A DNA stretch of 64,000 bases, taken from NCBI GenBank assembly GCA_946965045.2, contig OX337232.1, positions 2,232,001 to 2,296,000 of the forward strand, read 5' to 3'. This document shows positions 42,355-56,622 of this stretch, in pieces. The notes beneath the pieces are model-generated. The model had not been told where the DNA came from, searched no databases, and saw only the letters and a list, made by a program, of their open reading frames with translations. The position numbers and the translations under genes are program-made. The number at the start of each line of letters is the position of its first letter. Positions within the stretch are counted from its first letter, which is position 1. The stretch comes from Epithemia pelagica (taxonomy: Eukaryota > Protista > Bacillariophyta).

Positions 42355-45300
42355 TTATGACATTTCTTCAATTATTTGATTGAGCTCATCTGTGCTCATG
42401 TTTTCCAACTGAACGGTCTTGAAAACAGATACCCTTCCTGACCTATCACCAACGAGTAACGTGTCTTGCCGTTCCACTCCAGTCAAGCGAAGTACTGAGA
42501 TTGGGTTTGTGTGAGGATTATCAGGGAGAATCAGCATTTCTTTCAGTACCGAATTGTTGTAATCAAGTCCCCACAGCCGTATCTCGCCACTCATGTGCCC
42601 CGTCACTGCGACAACACCAGAGTCAGTCCACTCTGGGCAGTCGCTTGTCACCGCAAACGTGGCCGGGTTGAGTGTCATCAGGGTTTCTTGTGCAATGGTC
42701 CTTCCATTGATGTCAGACACCGTTAACGATGCACCGACGAGGAAGAGGACATTTCCATTGGCATTGTTGATTGAGACACTAATCGTAGCGGCGCCGTCGC
42801 CATGGTGTTGAAGAGCCCGTACAAACGTCAGAGAACGAAGATCCCATAAGAGTACTCTCCCCTGTGCACACCCTGTGACAATCATGCCGAATTCGGTTGA
42901 CAGGTCGATGCATTTGATGGGCGATCCATCATGCCCACACAAAGTAGCTTTCAGCAACAATCGGTCACCGTCATAATGCCAAACGCGCAGCGTGGAGTCA
43001 ATTGAACCAGTTACGATCCAACTCCCATCTTCTGAGGCCTTTACAGCGCTAATGGGCGCTTTCTGAAGACCGTCATGAATACTCAGAAGCTTGTCAACTT
43101 CCCGATATCGGGTAGAGAGCATCGCTGTGTGAACGCTGATACCGCTGTTCAGTCCACCGAAACGGACGTACTTCTTTGGTCCAACAAGCAACGCGCAGGT
43201 ACTTCCAACTCCAACCAGCTGTCCCTTAACATAGCAGATATCGCCCACGGATTTGTCCGGTTGATCCACAATTCCAACCTTTGCCATGTCAGTTACAACC
43301 GGTCTGATTTTTATTCTGTGGGGTGCTCCAGCAACGCATAAAGGTGGTGTTAACGGGTTCAACAATGCGATTGTTCCAAAATCAATCATGTTGTCTTTGA
43401 CAGCTACTACTACATTCCTTGCAGGGAATGGTCGTCTTTCAAGTTGCTTCGGAGTCTGACCAAAGTTTTGGATCTGGGCGATAGTAGACTCCCGCTGTAT
43501 TGGGTCATCCATGCTATCAATATCCACTTCTCCCTCGTACGTGACGTGCACAAACGTATTCAAAGCTTCCACAGCTTCGGTACCACGCTGTTTGTAGCCA
43601 AAAATCAGATCAACCCAACGATGAAGGTGCCTGCTTACAATAGGGCTCTCAAGAGCTTTTCTGTTTAGACGGACAAAACGATGTGGGTCGCCCTTCGCCC
43701 ATTTTGGCAATGTGACATCGTCAATAGTTTTGCCTTTCTGGGTTTCCCCGAAGTCGAAGTTGTTTGTATTCACAAGGAAGTCGGGAAGATAAAAGAACTC
43801 GGGGATAAGTTCACGAACATCTTGAAGATTGTCTTCACTCGCGGTCCTCCAGCTCTTCCCGACGTCATGGAACAATCTATCTGCCACATCAAACCGACCG
43901 CCTTGGAGAGCAAGGGCGAGCCTCGAGAATGGTTCAAGCCGCATCAGGTAGTGGAGAACATAAGCTGACGTCGAGTAGTGTGTCCCGTAATGGAAGGGTG
44001 GCGGGTCGTCTTCTCCTTGAACGCTAGAGGCAAGACTTTCGTAGCGCTCGCGGAACTGGTTAGCGCGATCGGCACCAAGTGCTCCCATGGGCTTCGAAAG
44101 ATCACGGTACATAGCAGGGTCGTCAAAGTCAAGCTCTTCGCTTTCATAGTCTGCAATGACCCATGGGAAAACTGGGTACTGTGTGAGGTCATTAAATGAT
44201 CTCCCTGCAAGCGAGTTCAGGTGCATCAGGAAGTCAAAATTGCTTATTTTCCCATTGATCCACTGAGTCTCAATCTTGGTTTTTAAATTTGCCATAACTT
44301 TCGCGTAGCTTACGTAGGTTCCATAAGTTGAATAGAATATGCTGTTGGGAAGTTTAGATTGAAGAATTTTCCCCAGAACTTCTTCCCTCTCCTTGTTACC
44401 ATCGAAGGCGATCAAAGTTCCCTGCTTGTTGGTGTCGAAGAATTCCAGAGCATTTTGCTGGAGCTGATAGCGCCTGCGAAATACAGCGTACAACTCTTCA
44501 AAGGAAATGCGCTTGCTTCTATGTTCATATATAACCTCACTTGTGGGTTGATCACCAATACTCGACGATTTGCCTCGGGACGTCGTTCTTTTAGCACTGT
44601 TTCCTTGAGACGAAGAGAGGCTGACTTCTCTTGCAGAATGCTTTTGCCGTAGTGCAACGTTGAATATTGCTTTCTCCTTTTCGACACGGTTGATTCTAGG
44701 TTCCATATCTTCTCCGATGGTTTGTTCAAAGCCATCGACAATATATATTGCCTCGGTGCACCAAAGAAGAAGCGCCTTAGTAACCTCAAGTCCTGTACAT
44801 CTTCGAATGTTGTACGACCTTTCAGGGTAGTCACCCGCCAGAAGCAGTCCATTGATGAGTTCGTAGCTTGAAGAGTCTTCGTTGCCTTCAGCCACAGCAG
44901 TCTGCGAAGCTTCCTCTTTATCTACACCTTCCGTATCTTCATGTTTTATGCCGTCCCCCGCAGACGATTCCGCACCAGAATGTGCAGTCGATGCTGTAGC
45001 GACAGTCTGAGCGTCATCCCCAATTTCGGTATCATCAAAATCGTCAAACTGAGCCGAGCCTCGCTTCAGATTCAAATCCTTGAGCAATTCTGCAGTGGCT
45101 TCCATCTGCCCTCCACCGGTAAGAAAGTCAGTCCCTCCGTTGGACTGGGCATCACCATCTGAGGATGTCTTGAATTCGGCGTCTTCGTCCAAGTTGTAAA
45201 GCCCATGGAATTCATAGTTCGGCAGAAGACGCCGACGCTGACGCTCGAATCCTTCCGATAAATCAAGCTTCCACCGAACAACAAAGTCAAGAACGTCCTG

Positions 45301-48300
45301 TTCTCGCCTGTTCTCGATGTTTCCAAGACGGTCACGTAAGGCAGAGACGTAACCAGCAAGCGATAGGTCTTTCTTTCGTGAGACAACTTGGCCTCCTTCC
45401 CATATTGAGTGCGAACCTTTCATCTGGCGAAGCACAGTCTTCCACTTCATGGCCCCAAACGCCAGGTCATCGAAACCTTGACGTTTCCAACGACCATGGT
45501 ACTCAGCAGTTTTTTCCGCACAGCGACGGGAAAGATCTGCTCGTCGCAGTCCACCAAGAATCGTCTGATCAGCGGAGCCTTGTTCTGTTATTCTTGTCAC
45601 GATGAGTTTTTGCTCCTTCTCTACCGCTTCGTCATATAAAATGACAGATTGCACCAAACCAGGGAATTTTTCTAAAGCCATATCTTCGATGTTGTCGAAC
45701 AACAACTGTACCGTGTCACTATTTTTCTCGTGCCACTCAAAGAATGAGGCGTAACGTTTTTTCACGGACTGAGATTTCGACGTTTTGTTCATTTCTGCAG
45801 CTTCATGCGCGGCGAGGAGAGCACGGAATCCTCCTCTACTGACAACATCAACTGTTTCGACATTGCCTCCTCGATTGACCTGTGCAACCAGCAGAGTAGA
45901 CATTGTTGTCTCTCGGTGTCGTAAAAGCGCCACTAAAACAGATATGGCCATGCCTCGTAGATCTTCACTTTGCGATGAAAGAAGACTGTGAAGTGACACA
46001 ATCAGGGGGGCGATTGCCGTAATGTCTGACTCCTTGCCACCGTCTGGGATTTCCGGATATGTGGCACTTCTTTCTGGAAGCCACCGGGATAGACTGGCTG
46101 ACTGCCACACAGGGAAGAGCGCAGAACCTGCAACAACCTTCGGCACAGGCCCGGTTGGGATGTTCCTTTCCCTGGAAGGCACCAATAACAACATCTCAAT
46201 ATTTGTTTCTACTAGTTCCAGAATGGAGAGCACCAAATCCTCGTCATTGCGATCGATTGACCACCGAAGCGATAACGCACAGATCAGCAACACTATATGG
46301 GCCGCATCCGTCACCACCAAGGCATGCTCCGTGCCCGCCGTTTTCCATACATTTGATTCATGGTCCGTTAGCTTCCCGAGGACTTTTGCAGCGATCTGAA
46401 CAATTCTTAAAACACCTTCGGTGTTCGAAAACCCTTGAACTTGTTGATCAAGAAAACAAGATAGAACACCAACACAGTTGGCCAAATGAAGTATTGTGTC
46501 ACCCTCCAAAATTTTTTCCATCGTCAAGGTACATTGTTCGATCAAAACGAGATGAAAAGCTTTCACTTCTTGGGGAGTTGAGTGTACAGGAATAGAAGAA
46601 AAGATGCAATGTATAGTCTGAGCACCTCCAGGCAGCGAGAAAGCGTGTACAATGATCTGTTGCAGTAGTTTCAGAAAGCCATAGGACTTGGGATCTGAAT
46701 CAACCGCACCCCCGACGAACCTTTCCGTTGGTGTGAAGTCCTTCGGCACGTCTGCAAGTTTTGACCCTCTCCTGGTCTTGATAGACGCGCCTGCAGTTTG
46801 ACTGTAAAGCAGACACAACGACTGCGCAAACGGCTCGATAAACAGAGGGGAAGAACAATACTTCCTGAATGTTTCGGACTGGGCATGCCTATGGACAAGA
46901 AGGTGTAGAATGGCCCTGTTGGCAACCATGGCCTTATTTTCCAGAGCAGAATTGCTTGTCATGAGTTGAAGGTTCCGCCCAGCACATTCTGCGATCAACG
47001 CGTAAATGCCATTGGCGGGGTCCGCTGAAGAACTTGATGAACTTTCTTCGCCAGAGGTCTCAAATTCGGCATCAAAAACTTCGCAAAGGTTCTCGGGGTC
47101 CAGCGACGAAAGGGCGTGAATATGAAGAATCGGAACTCCAAAAAACTGACTGAGTAATGAGATCACAATAGTAGGACAGGTAGAGAAGCGGGGGACGCTC
47201 ATCACAAAAGGGCCAAACTCGCCAGATTCCTGGAACGCAGCTTCAAAACTCGTTGAGGCTTGTAGCATCAGAACCATGAGTCGAACCACAGCTGAAGCGG
47301 AGGCTTCTTCTCGACACCCCTCCAGGAGAGTGGCAAACCATATTGGGTTAAGGAAACCAGCGAACGCACCCAAGAACGCCTGAGCCTGTAGGTGCTTTGG
47401 GTGGAACAGTCCGTCGGCCATTTTTGCTTTCAAAGCCGGTGTGGAAAGGTATGGTTGGTTTGGACTTGCAACGCCACCAGCATGGGGTTGAACGGTTTGT
47501 TCGACAGCAGGGACGCCAGACCCTTTCGATTCGTGAGCTGTAGAGGCAGAGGCTACGATTTCATTCACCCCGTCAACTATTAATTCTTCGAGCAGTCGTA
47601 CAAGATACAAGCGGGCTGTGGACGCCGGTAACATCCGTGGTTCACTCTCCTTTTCATTCATCGCACGCACAAGACTAGCTCTTTTTCCCAGCGCCGAACC
47701 GGTATGTGCTTGTGTCGACAATGAAACTGTATACACCAGTGCTTCAGAAAGAGCTTCCAAATCACCCGGCGTGAGCATAAACGTTAGAACGCGGCGTAAC
47801 AGGTTTTTGCATGCTTGCAAGAATGGGTTACCAGGATCTCCGCCAGCAGATACATCAGAGACGAACGGCGCCTCACAGACCCATCCATCCAACCCTCGGT
47901 TTGTGTCGTGCTCTGCCGCCATTTCACCGAGTTGCACTGTCGTATCACCTGCGGTGTAGAGTTCTGACGCTTCCAGCATCAAATGCAACCCCCATCGCAC
48001 AATCCCTACCATATGCAAGCGCCGTGCGTTGAATGCCTTGTGCAAAGACTTGTGATCTACAAGTCGATTCAGAACGCTCAGCAGCCGTAGTGGGAGACTA
48101 GGTCCATATTTTCTCAGGTCCCAGACCTGGTGATTCAAAAGAATGTGTTTCATTGCTTCAAGATCAGTAAGTACCCAATGAATATGAGAAAGCGAACGGA
48201 TTTCGTTGTTGGACGACGCCAATGAGTCAGACTCGGGGACAGGCTCAAAGCCGTGAATAGCGAAAGCCATGCATTGGTCGAGACACGGTGCATCAACGAT

Positions 48301-51300
48301 TCCTTTCTCTTGAAGCAAGACCGCAAGAATTCTGAACCCACCACCTGCTTGCATTGCTTCAAGATTTGGCTGGTGTCGTCGACAACATTCGCGAAGAATT
48401 TGAAGACACAAAGTCAGTGTCTTCGAGGTTTCCGCTGCATTGATGATAGGCATAAAGATGCTCGGTCCACCTGCCCAGCGCAAACTGTCTGCAAGGCTAA
48501 GTGGGGCTAAAAGACCACCTCTTCCGTATATTACCGCGTCTGTTGAGAGACCACTGTTGCAGAAGCCCACTCGAGCAATATTCGCCAGTCGTTCACTGAC
48601 CAACCTTCGATCTTGACGCAACATGTCATTCTTTACCTTCCACCTAGTGGTTCCGGGCTGGTATCCAAATATAACGGATTCCGGTGGAATTGTGCAGTAC
48701 AGGTTGAGGGCAGCAAGATCGTTGTTATCCGAATGCAGCGTCATGTTGCTTCCAGCTCCCTCCATTTTTGCTATATCTCTCCTTCTCAGGGCGCTGGCGA
48801 CACTACCAAGCTCCCCGGCTTCGGCAAGGGACCCGAAGAGGCAGGATGCAGTTGAAGAAAGAGATTGTCTCTCCGGTCTATCACCCCACAGCAATCCAGG
48901 GAAATCTGTTCCATAAGAGTGAATGGCTGTTGCGTCGAGTTCTAGCAGAACAGTTGAGAGAAGAAAGCATGGACCCATTTCCCAAAGAGGCAGCTTCCCC
49001 CGAACAATACCGCTAGCGGCAAGTGCTGGATTCGGTGCACCCATAATCATCCGTGCATTAGGAGGAAGGTTTACTGTGTCAACTTTGACTTCAGCTTCCA
49101 GCGGTCGACCATCGACAAAAATTGAAAACACAGATTTCCTCGATATCATCGATCTTTTGCCTGGGGTGTAAGTGACAAGAACATGGTGCCAAACGTGTGG
49201 AACCAGAGGTGATACCGGAAAGCAAATCGGTTCTCCTCTGTGTGAGGCAGACGACATCACATTGAATCGTTGGTTTTGCAAGTCAAACCAAAGCCCCAAG
49301 AAAGCGGAGTTTCCTTTGGAGCCAAATTCAGCAAGATTTGGACTGGATATGTCCATTATGTAAAGGTTACCCGATACACCTGACGACGGAGATACGCCAT
49401 GGCGAAGCCAACATGAAAACGAAAACCCAGAACTTGAAAGCGGGTACCAAATAGGTTCAGTGCTTCCATATGTAGAGGACTCTGGCGCCTGAGATTCCTC
49501 GTTGTGAAGGGCAGTAGCATCGACAGACTCAACTTCGACAAACCGTAAGCGACCTTCCTCGGCGGCAGACCTAAGTCGCTCTTCGAGTTTTATCTGATGC
49601 ATCATCACTCCAATAGAGTTAATGGAATCTCCTCCGAGAACAAGCCGAGGGAATCGATCTGGATACCTCGCAATATCTCGAAGTGCCCGCAATCTGGGTA
49701 CCATCTCTTCCTCACGGGAAGATCCAAAATCAGAGTCTTCAGATTTCGTCTCCAGGATCGAAAGTGGCTGATTGCGACCAAGCGATGAACTGATAACAGG
49801 AATCTTGATTAAGCGGCCTTCTGGGCCACTTTTAGCGAGCATCGGTCCAACACTTCGTCTCATAAGTCCCACAAAATCCATGTAGGATGTACTAAAAGAC
49901 GCAATACTGCAAAGAAGCGATAGAAACTTGGTCTGTAAGTGATTTCCATCCGTGAAAAGAAAAGGGCCAAATTCGTCTTCACTCGTCAAACTCCAGCAGA
50001 TCCCACATGACGCAATCTGACCAAGCGTCGTTGGTGACATCTTCCGCTCTGTCAGTCGCAACAATTCATCTAGGACCTTTTCTGCCATCGGGATACCGCT
50101 TGGTTCCTTGATAAGGAATGTGGCAAGCCCAAGTACAAGACGGATAGCGTCAGGATTCCTTATTGCGTAGACATCGCCGAGCTTTTCTTCGAAAGCTTTC
50201 AACGATGGGTCAACGTGCATGAAAGCAAGTTCAACCACTCGACTGCACAAATCTGTTTGCAAAATTCCTGTCGAAGCAATCACTGCTGCGAGATCAAAGT
50301 AGTACGTGTGTTGACGAATGAAATTTCGATTCAACGGTGCGGGAGTTTCAGGTGATGACAACTGAGAGGAACTCGGATCGACGATTACGTTGTCCGGAAT
50401 TACAACTGGAGAAACTTCTGAAACACTTAGAGCATTTCTGGATTTGATCCCAACTGAGGCATCGATCAAACCCACAATGGTTTCTAGTAGTTTCAGGAAC
50501 GCTGAATTTTTGTCCCCGAAATCCGGGCCTCCGAGCAGAGCTCCCTCTAGCCCCACGAGTATTCGTAGAATTGCTGAGAAACCATTGCAAGTTCGGAATG
50601 CGTCACGGGCAAGACTTCTGGATTCCAACACAGAACGCAACAGAGAGAGTAACATTGCCTGCCGGGTCAAGCCTGTGACGGTTGGTGAGCCCTTGGAGGC
50701 ATCCGAGAGCTGGTCTAGAATATCAAAAACGAACAGCATATCAAGCTGAAGTGCCTCCAGCGAAGCAAACGAGCTTAAATACGACTCGAACACCCCAGCA
50801 GCTGCACGGCATGCTTCCTCTCCAAGAAGATTCACAGCCATACGAAGAAGCGTGTGAAGGTTTGTAGGATCCTCATTTTCGGCTGCAGTGTCAGCTTGTT
50901 TTGAGAACCCTACCGGTTGATGGGCCACAAGCAACTTCAACACGCTGCAAACGGTTGCAAAGGAACTATCTACGTTGGTCGTCATTGAAGGGGCGTTGCC
51001 CTCACTCAGTTTGTTTCTCTCAGTCACCAAAAGCAAAAAGTTGTTTAAGTTGGTCGTCATGATACCACTCTCAATTATCAATGGCGCAACTCTTTGATCA
51101 AACTGCAACAACTTCTCCAAAGTGCTCCCCATCAAGACCGCATCTTGCGATAGCGTCTTCAGAACTTGATCTCGCGATCCTTCGTCTTCTTCGAGCATCA
51201 CGTCTTCCCCATCGCTAATGAGAAAATGGCAGAGTGCAAAAAAGATTTCAACACAAGCGTTCACGGGAGTGACTTCTTCCGACACTCCCACAGCAGTTAA

Positions 51301-52886
51301 TACAAATTCAAGTGTCTTTAATACGAAGTTCTTGAGATCTGCGTCACGGTAGCACGGAAAAGAAAGCAGATAGAAAGAAAGAATATGCTGCCGTCCTTCA
51401 ATGATTGTGTAATTGTCGGGGTGGTCAGAGAACACTTGAAGTGTTGAATGGAGCAAAGCGGATGACATGTCAAAGTTAAACGTGGGATCAGAGCTTGGCT
51501 GATTTTCCTCAGGCTGTGCAAGAACGCGTGCTGCCTTTTTCAAGGACATGAAGGCCAGACGACGGAGCATTCCTTCGCTGGATAAATTTGGTGTCTTCCC
51601 ACCCTGTTCCTCCTGGAACTCTTTCCATAAAGGATTCGATCTATGCAACAAATCCTCCTGTAGAAGCATAGGCCGCACATTGGTAGCCATTTTCAAATTT
51701 TCTTCATCAAAATTGTCATCCGGCTGTCTGGAAGGACAACAAATCAAATCTGGTAACAATTCCACTAGTTTCCCCCCATGCTGCCTTGTTGAATGGTCAA
51801 TCGCGTAACGGAGGACATCGTATCCTCCTGCAGCTTCAAAATCTTTTACCAAATCAATCGTATGAAAGCGGCAGGAAGACGCGATCAATTTGACAACAGT
51901 TTGAAACGCAGTCAGCCAGAGACCAGCTTTTTCAGCGTCCTGGCCAGTCAAACACAACGGCACTGCACCAGTCGAAGCGGCTTGCTGTGTCACACCCGTC
52001 AACTCCTTGATATCATCCGTCATGTGCAATATCATTTTCCGATCATGAATGAACCAGACAAGTTGTCGCGTGAGACAGTGATCGGCGACAGCGGATATGA
52101 CTTCCGCAGATGCCGATGCAACATGGACTCCGGAAGGTGGATAAGAAGCCCCTGACAGGGCGAGTAATCCAAACAGATGAGGGCGCAGTTGTTCCCCAAC
52201 GCTACTATCTTTACACAGGAGGCATAGAAGACGCGTCACTTTCTGAGTTGCTTTCAGTGCAACAGGAGTAATTTCATCCGAATTCCCATCTTCGTTTTGC
52301 GAGGCGTTTTGGAGCTCCACTACTCGGATCAGCCTCAAGCAATGGATCAGGTTCGGTGGTAGTTCTGCTTCCACACATCTCAGAACGAATTTCTCACACT
52401 TCGAATTCTCTAGCAGGACATCCACATCCGACTTCATCTTGCTGTCTTTGGCTGTGGAAGCCGCGTTTCCAAGAAGATCCAGGAGGTCAGTCTTCCATTC
52501 AGCGCCTCCTTGCTTCGTTTTGGCCGCACTGACAATGTTTTGAACACCATCACCTAAATTCCGTGCTGCCAGACTGACCTGACGTTCCATTCGAGCATCC
52601 TGTTGAGCACTTCGTCCGCCTCGTCCGCTACCAAAGCCTAAACTACTGAACGAGAAAGAACCGTGTGCACGAGCAGATTCATAGTGAGGTTTCAGCTGCT
52701 ATGAGATAGGAAGACATTTCTCATCGAAAGAGAAAGCACATACCTTGCGGGCGATCTAACCGTATCGGATGATGACGAAGGGAAAGGACGAAAAGTACCA
52801 GTATCGTCAGACAGGTTGCTTGTCGAAGGTTGCGATGCTTCCTCATTGTCGGTGGCTTTGCTCCCTCCAAACCAAGATCGTATCAT
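42355..52886 (-). CDS. BEACH-domain protein (WDFY3/ALFY-neurobeachin family): ConA-like, PH, BEACH and WD40 domains; intron 52646..52743
   Basis: BEACH motifs WINGKISNFDFLMHLNSLAGRSFNDLTQYPVFPWV, YGTHYS, DVRELIPEFFY, WVDLIFGYKQRG and FGQTPKQL, followed by WD40 repeats. A short first exon (MIRSWFGG) splices in frame. Confidence 0.95.
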
Positions 52887-53466
52887 GATTCTTTCGTCCA
52901 AAAAGAAACAAGGATACTATCCCAACGCTTCGGAAGCTATTGTGTCCTTTTGTCGTTGCCTTCAAACAAATCGTTGGACAAGAGTTCTATTATTGCTCTG
53001 GATTCTTACTGGTAGCAAAAGGCAAGCCGCAGCGTGTTCGTCATTGTCGGTTCGTTGGGATGTCGACGCTGGATCCAACCCCGTCCGGCATAACGTGCGC
53101 TGGAGTGTTGAGCTCCAATCTGGGGGCTTTAAAAGGGGGTGAATAAACTACTGAGCGGTTACACATATCATTTTTTCTATTCAATTATGAGAAAAATCAT
53201 ACATCATAGGAGTAACTATGAGGAGTAATCACTGAGGGTATATTATCAATTATCAATAGATCTATTTTCCATTCCCGCCACCTTTTTGCTCATTTTTGCG
53301 GTTCGCGGTGCTCCTCGTCCCACAACCATGGACTCTGTCTGAAACCGACGGCACGAGCACAAGTGAGAAGGATTTCGTAATGTCAACTTCTACGGACTAA
53401 ATTCATTTGGTGCTCTATCCTCTGTACATCCACGACAGTGAATGTTTTCGGTATTGCGGCTCCAAA

Positions 53467-53877
53467 ATGCCCAAGCCAAAAGCTGGAAAATCTATCTCAC
53501 CGGCTCGATCGGGAAGGCCACCCAGCAAGAGTCCAACGAACAAGAACAAACCTGGTTCCAAAACTGGCGACAGTGCTGCAAGCGCCAACAGTGCACGTGG
53601 TAGTAACACGAGTGGACCCTCTTCGGGCGTTGATGATTTGCCTCCCCCAGCGGGCTATCTCATCACTTGCGATATTCCTACGAAACAGTTCATTTTATCG
53701 CTCAATGCCCACAAAGAACCCGCCGATAAGAAATTCGTTCTTCAAGATTTGGACGCAACTCACGTTTTGGTGAAACAAAAGGCCAAAGACGAAATACTTC
53801 GAGAGGTGGAAGAATGGGAAAATTCGAATGTATATTCGGCAATTGAGAAAATGGGGGAGGACTTTGACATGTCGTAG
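53467..53877 (+). CDS. TFB5: TFIIH subunit TFB5/GTF2H5 with a basic N-terminal extension
   Basis: GYLITCDIPTKQFIL, FVLQDLDATHVLV and EVEEWENSNVY. Confidence 0.85.
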   Translation: MPKPKAGKSISPARSGRPPSKSPTNKNKPGSKTGDSAASANSARGSNTSGPSSGVDDLPPPAGYLITCDIPTKQFILSLNAHKEPADKKFVLQDLDATHVLVKQKAKDEILREVEEWENSNVYSAIEKMGEDFDMS

Positions 53878-54003
53878 GGAGATCATGAATAGCACTTCTT
53901 GTATAAAAATGGTCAATCTAACATTACAGTTTCCTGATAAAATAACACATATTGTTGGCGTTGATATAGACAAGAGATGCCTTGAGAGTTCGAAATACAC
54001 AGC

Positions 54004-56622
54004 TCATGTTATAGCAGCTCCAGAATGGTGATGGTGACTTCTTGTACTTGGTAGAGTGTTGACAATCTGTGTTGTGGCTGGTTCCCACACTTGCTGAGAC
54101 CAAACGTCTCTCATTTCACGACTTAGCCGGGGGTGGTTTTTGTCAAACTCAAATGGTGCTGCCGCAAAACAACAAAGAACAGTACTCACGGCGCTCCCCA
54201 CCACACCCAACAACAAAATGTTGCTCAACACGTAACCAAGGACGGAGCCAATCACGAAAGCAGTAATGATTGGTTGATGAAGCGATGTGAAATCATAACC
54301 GTCCGTTTCTTCAACGACAACGGCAAAAACACCAGTGCTTCCTCCAATGACAACAGACGCCATGAGCAGGACATTTTGTATCAATGTATCTTCCACAACT
54401 TCCATCCACCCCCTCGTCTCAAAAAGCTGCAGTGCTTTGTCTCCCGCCGTTATAAAGGAATAGCTGTACATTCCAATATATGTGAAGGCCCATCTGTTAC
54501 AGGACCGTAACCATCGATGACAAGGTTCCACCAAGGCGCAAACGCGACGACATACAGCAAAGTTGTCGGCGGGAGAATCGACCGTTGTGTGCGTATCCGC
54601 AACCACCCCTCCGGATACACTTCCGTCTTCGGTATCGCCAATATTAAGAAGCGACAAGAAACCGCTTGGTTTCCCATGGCTGGCCGTTCCATCATGTCCA
54701 ATGCAGTTCATTTTATCGGAGGACAGTGTGGGAGCATCGCCCTCCATGCAACAACAACAGAATCTCCCGAGTGAAAGGATCCATTGGGCAGGACTAATTA
54801 CGAGACTTCCCAGACAAATGGATCCCAGCGAGAGAGTCAACGACCTTGAAAGCGGTGCAATCACAGCAGATGTACAAAAGGGTTCAATTTCGGAAGGATT
54901 GAACCACCATGTGCCGATGGCACTAGCCACGGTTACTCGGACAATGTTCTTCATAACCATGGCTGTCCAGTGAAAGGAAACGAGAAGGAGAAGTAGCACT
55001 GGAATGTGCTTTCTGTTCACATGGGCATGGCAAACGTCTTTGCTGATACAGTCATTGTCGTTAAAAGCGTTGACAATGCCAATAAAAGCCATGGACCATA
55101 AAAGGCACCAACTAAAAGCCACAACCAAAGTCATAAGACCAAGAATCGTGATGTCGGCCGTGCATCGCATGGCCGTGAGAGCCGTGTAGAGATTCGTCGC
55201 CGCAAACGGAATTCGGTGCCAACTGTACATTGCATATCCAAGACTGGACAAAAGAGCAGCAAATCCCACGACCGAGATGACACCATAAGGATCCAGGGTC
55301 AAACCAATGACTCCCCAGGCAAGTGCCACCACAATCGAGAAAACAAGCATTATCAGAATGAGCGATCGGGCGAGAATAAGCATAAAGCCAAAGCTTATGT
55401 AGGAGAGCATGCAGGCGTAGAATCCTGCAAAGAAAGTAATGGCAAGAACATTCTTGTAGTCAATAGTAAATGATCCATCTGTAGCTCCTGTTTGAGTAGA
55501 ATTCAGTTCATTTGACGTCAGGAAAATGTCATCTTGACTGAAAAGAATATCTTTCAGGGATGCATTTCGAGGAATGTCCTGAGCTGATGTTGTCGAATTC
55601 AGTAGATGGAGAGATGCATTGACCTCTGGACTCACGTCCAAGAAGCGAGTTCCATCCGTGCCATTGAGCCATGTTGAATTCGTCGCTGCAAGGTTGTTTC
55701 CCCAAACAGGATGGTCCCTGAAGAGAATCACGCCAAACCCGAATCGGAGCGCACAAAATGCCACTAGAACCAGTTGTGTCAGGAACAACACCGCCCAAAA
55801 TGAATCTTGCCAAGATGTCAGTTCCTGTGGTTGGCCACGAATTTGGGAAACGAGCTTTTCTCGAGCCACTGCATGTTCTCGATGCTTCACATGCATCTTC
55901 TGTACGTGGCGGTGATGTCTGGTGGCGCCTCGATATCTCCTATCACGCTTGGACGGGTGCTTGGATGTAGGAGGGGAAAGAAGAGCCGAACTTTCGCTAT
56001 GGTTGCCTCCATTTGGATGCGCCGCATCCACCAGAACATTGTGTTTGTTGTTTCTGATAATCGCCGCTTGAGAACCTGATAAATTGGCGGCATGGTATGG
56101 AAGCATTGTTTCCACGTCTTCCTGAATGGGGCCGCCAAGCCAAAAAGGGCCATGATGGGTAATGTTGTTGTTGTTGAAATTTTGTGGTAATGAGCCATAA
56201 CTCCCAATAGAACCATCAAAGGAGTTCGATTGATAGGGATTGACTGGGGTATTTCCATAAGCCAACCGCCCGTGTGGCCGCGCAAGGTTATCCCCGGGCT
56301 GTGGATGAAAATAAGCATCCGAAAGCGAAGCGCTGTCATCCGAATAGCCAAGGGAACTGCTGTCTTCGTCTTCCTTCTCTGCTTCATCTCGTGAATCAAG
56401 GATCAAAGTGGTTCCACTCAGTTGATGGCTGGGCTGGAGGGCAAAACCAGAACCCTTTTTCCCGGATGCATCTTTGCTGTCCCCGGACGAAATGGAATCC
56501 TTCCAAGAACTCGCTGCGAGTTCATTCGATGAGACGGGTTTGGCAGCAGTCGTCTCCAGAAGAGAGGCTTCCTGGTCATTCATTGACGCTTTGTACTTGC
56601 TTCGCTTGTTAGATTCTGCCAT
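54004..56622 (-). CDS. Choline transporter-like protein (CTL/SLC44, PNS1 family)
   Basis: Long disordered N-terminus, then WQDSFWAVLFL, SFHWTAMVMKNIVRVTVAS..WWF, SLGSICLGSL, NRWAFTYIGMYSYSF..AG and TVLCCFAAAP. Confidence 0.9.
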   Translation of the reverse strand: MAESNKRSKYKASMNDQEASLLETTAAKPVSSNELAASSWKDSISSGDSKDASGKKGSGFALQPSHQLSGTTLILDSRDEAEKEDEDSSSLGYSDDSASLSDAYFHPQPGDNLARPHGRLAYGNTPVNPYQSNSFDGSIGSYGSLPQNFNNNNITHHGPFWLGGPIQEDVETMLPYHAANLSGSQAAIIRNNKHNVLVDAAHPNGGNHSESSALLSPPTSKHPSKRDRRYRGATRHHRHVQKMHVKHREHAVAREKLVSQIRGQPQELTSWQDSFWAVLFLTQLVLVAFCALRFGFGVILFRDHPVWGNNLAATNSTWLNGTDGTRFLDVSPEVNASLHLLNSTTSAQDIPRNASLKDILFSQDDIFLTSNELNSTQTGATDGSFTIDYKNVLAITFFAGFYACMLSYISFGFMLILARSLILIMLVFSIVVALAWGVIGLTLDPYGVISVVGFAALLSSLGYAMYSWHRIPFAATNLYTALTAMRCTADITILGLMTLVVAFSWCLLWSMAFIGIVNAFNDNDCISKDVCHAHVNRKHIPVLLLLLVSFHWTAMVMKNIVRVTVASAIGTWWFNPSEIEPFCTSAVIAPLSRSLTLSLGSICLGSLVISPAQWILSLGRFCCCCMEGDAPTLSSDKMNCIGHDGTASHGKPSGFLSLLNIGDTEDGSVSGGVVADTHTTVDSPADNFAVCRRVCALVEPCHRWLRSCNRWAFTYIGMYSYSFITAGDKALQLFETRGWMEVVEDTLIQNVLLMASVVIGGSTGVFAVVVEETDGYDFTSLHQPIITAFVIGSVLGYVLSNILLLGVVGSAVSTVLCCFAAAPFEFDKNHPRLSREMRDVWSQQVWEPATTQIVNTLPSTRSHHHHSGAAIT

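Noticed and set aside
42355-52645. 10.3-kb uninterrupted exon
   Set aside because: BEACH proteins are normally this large and diatom genes are intron-poor, so it is not unusual.
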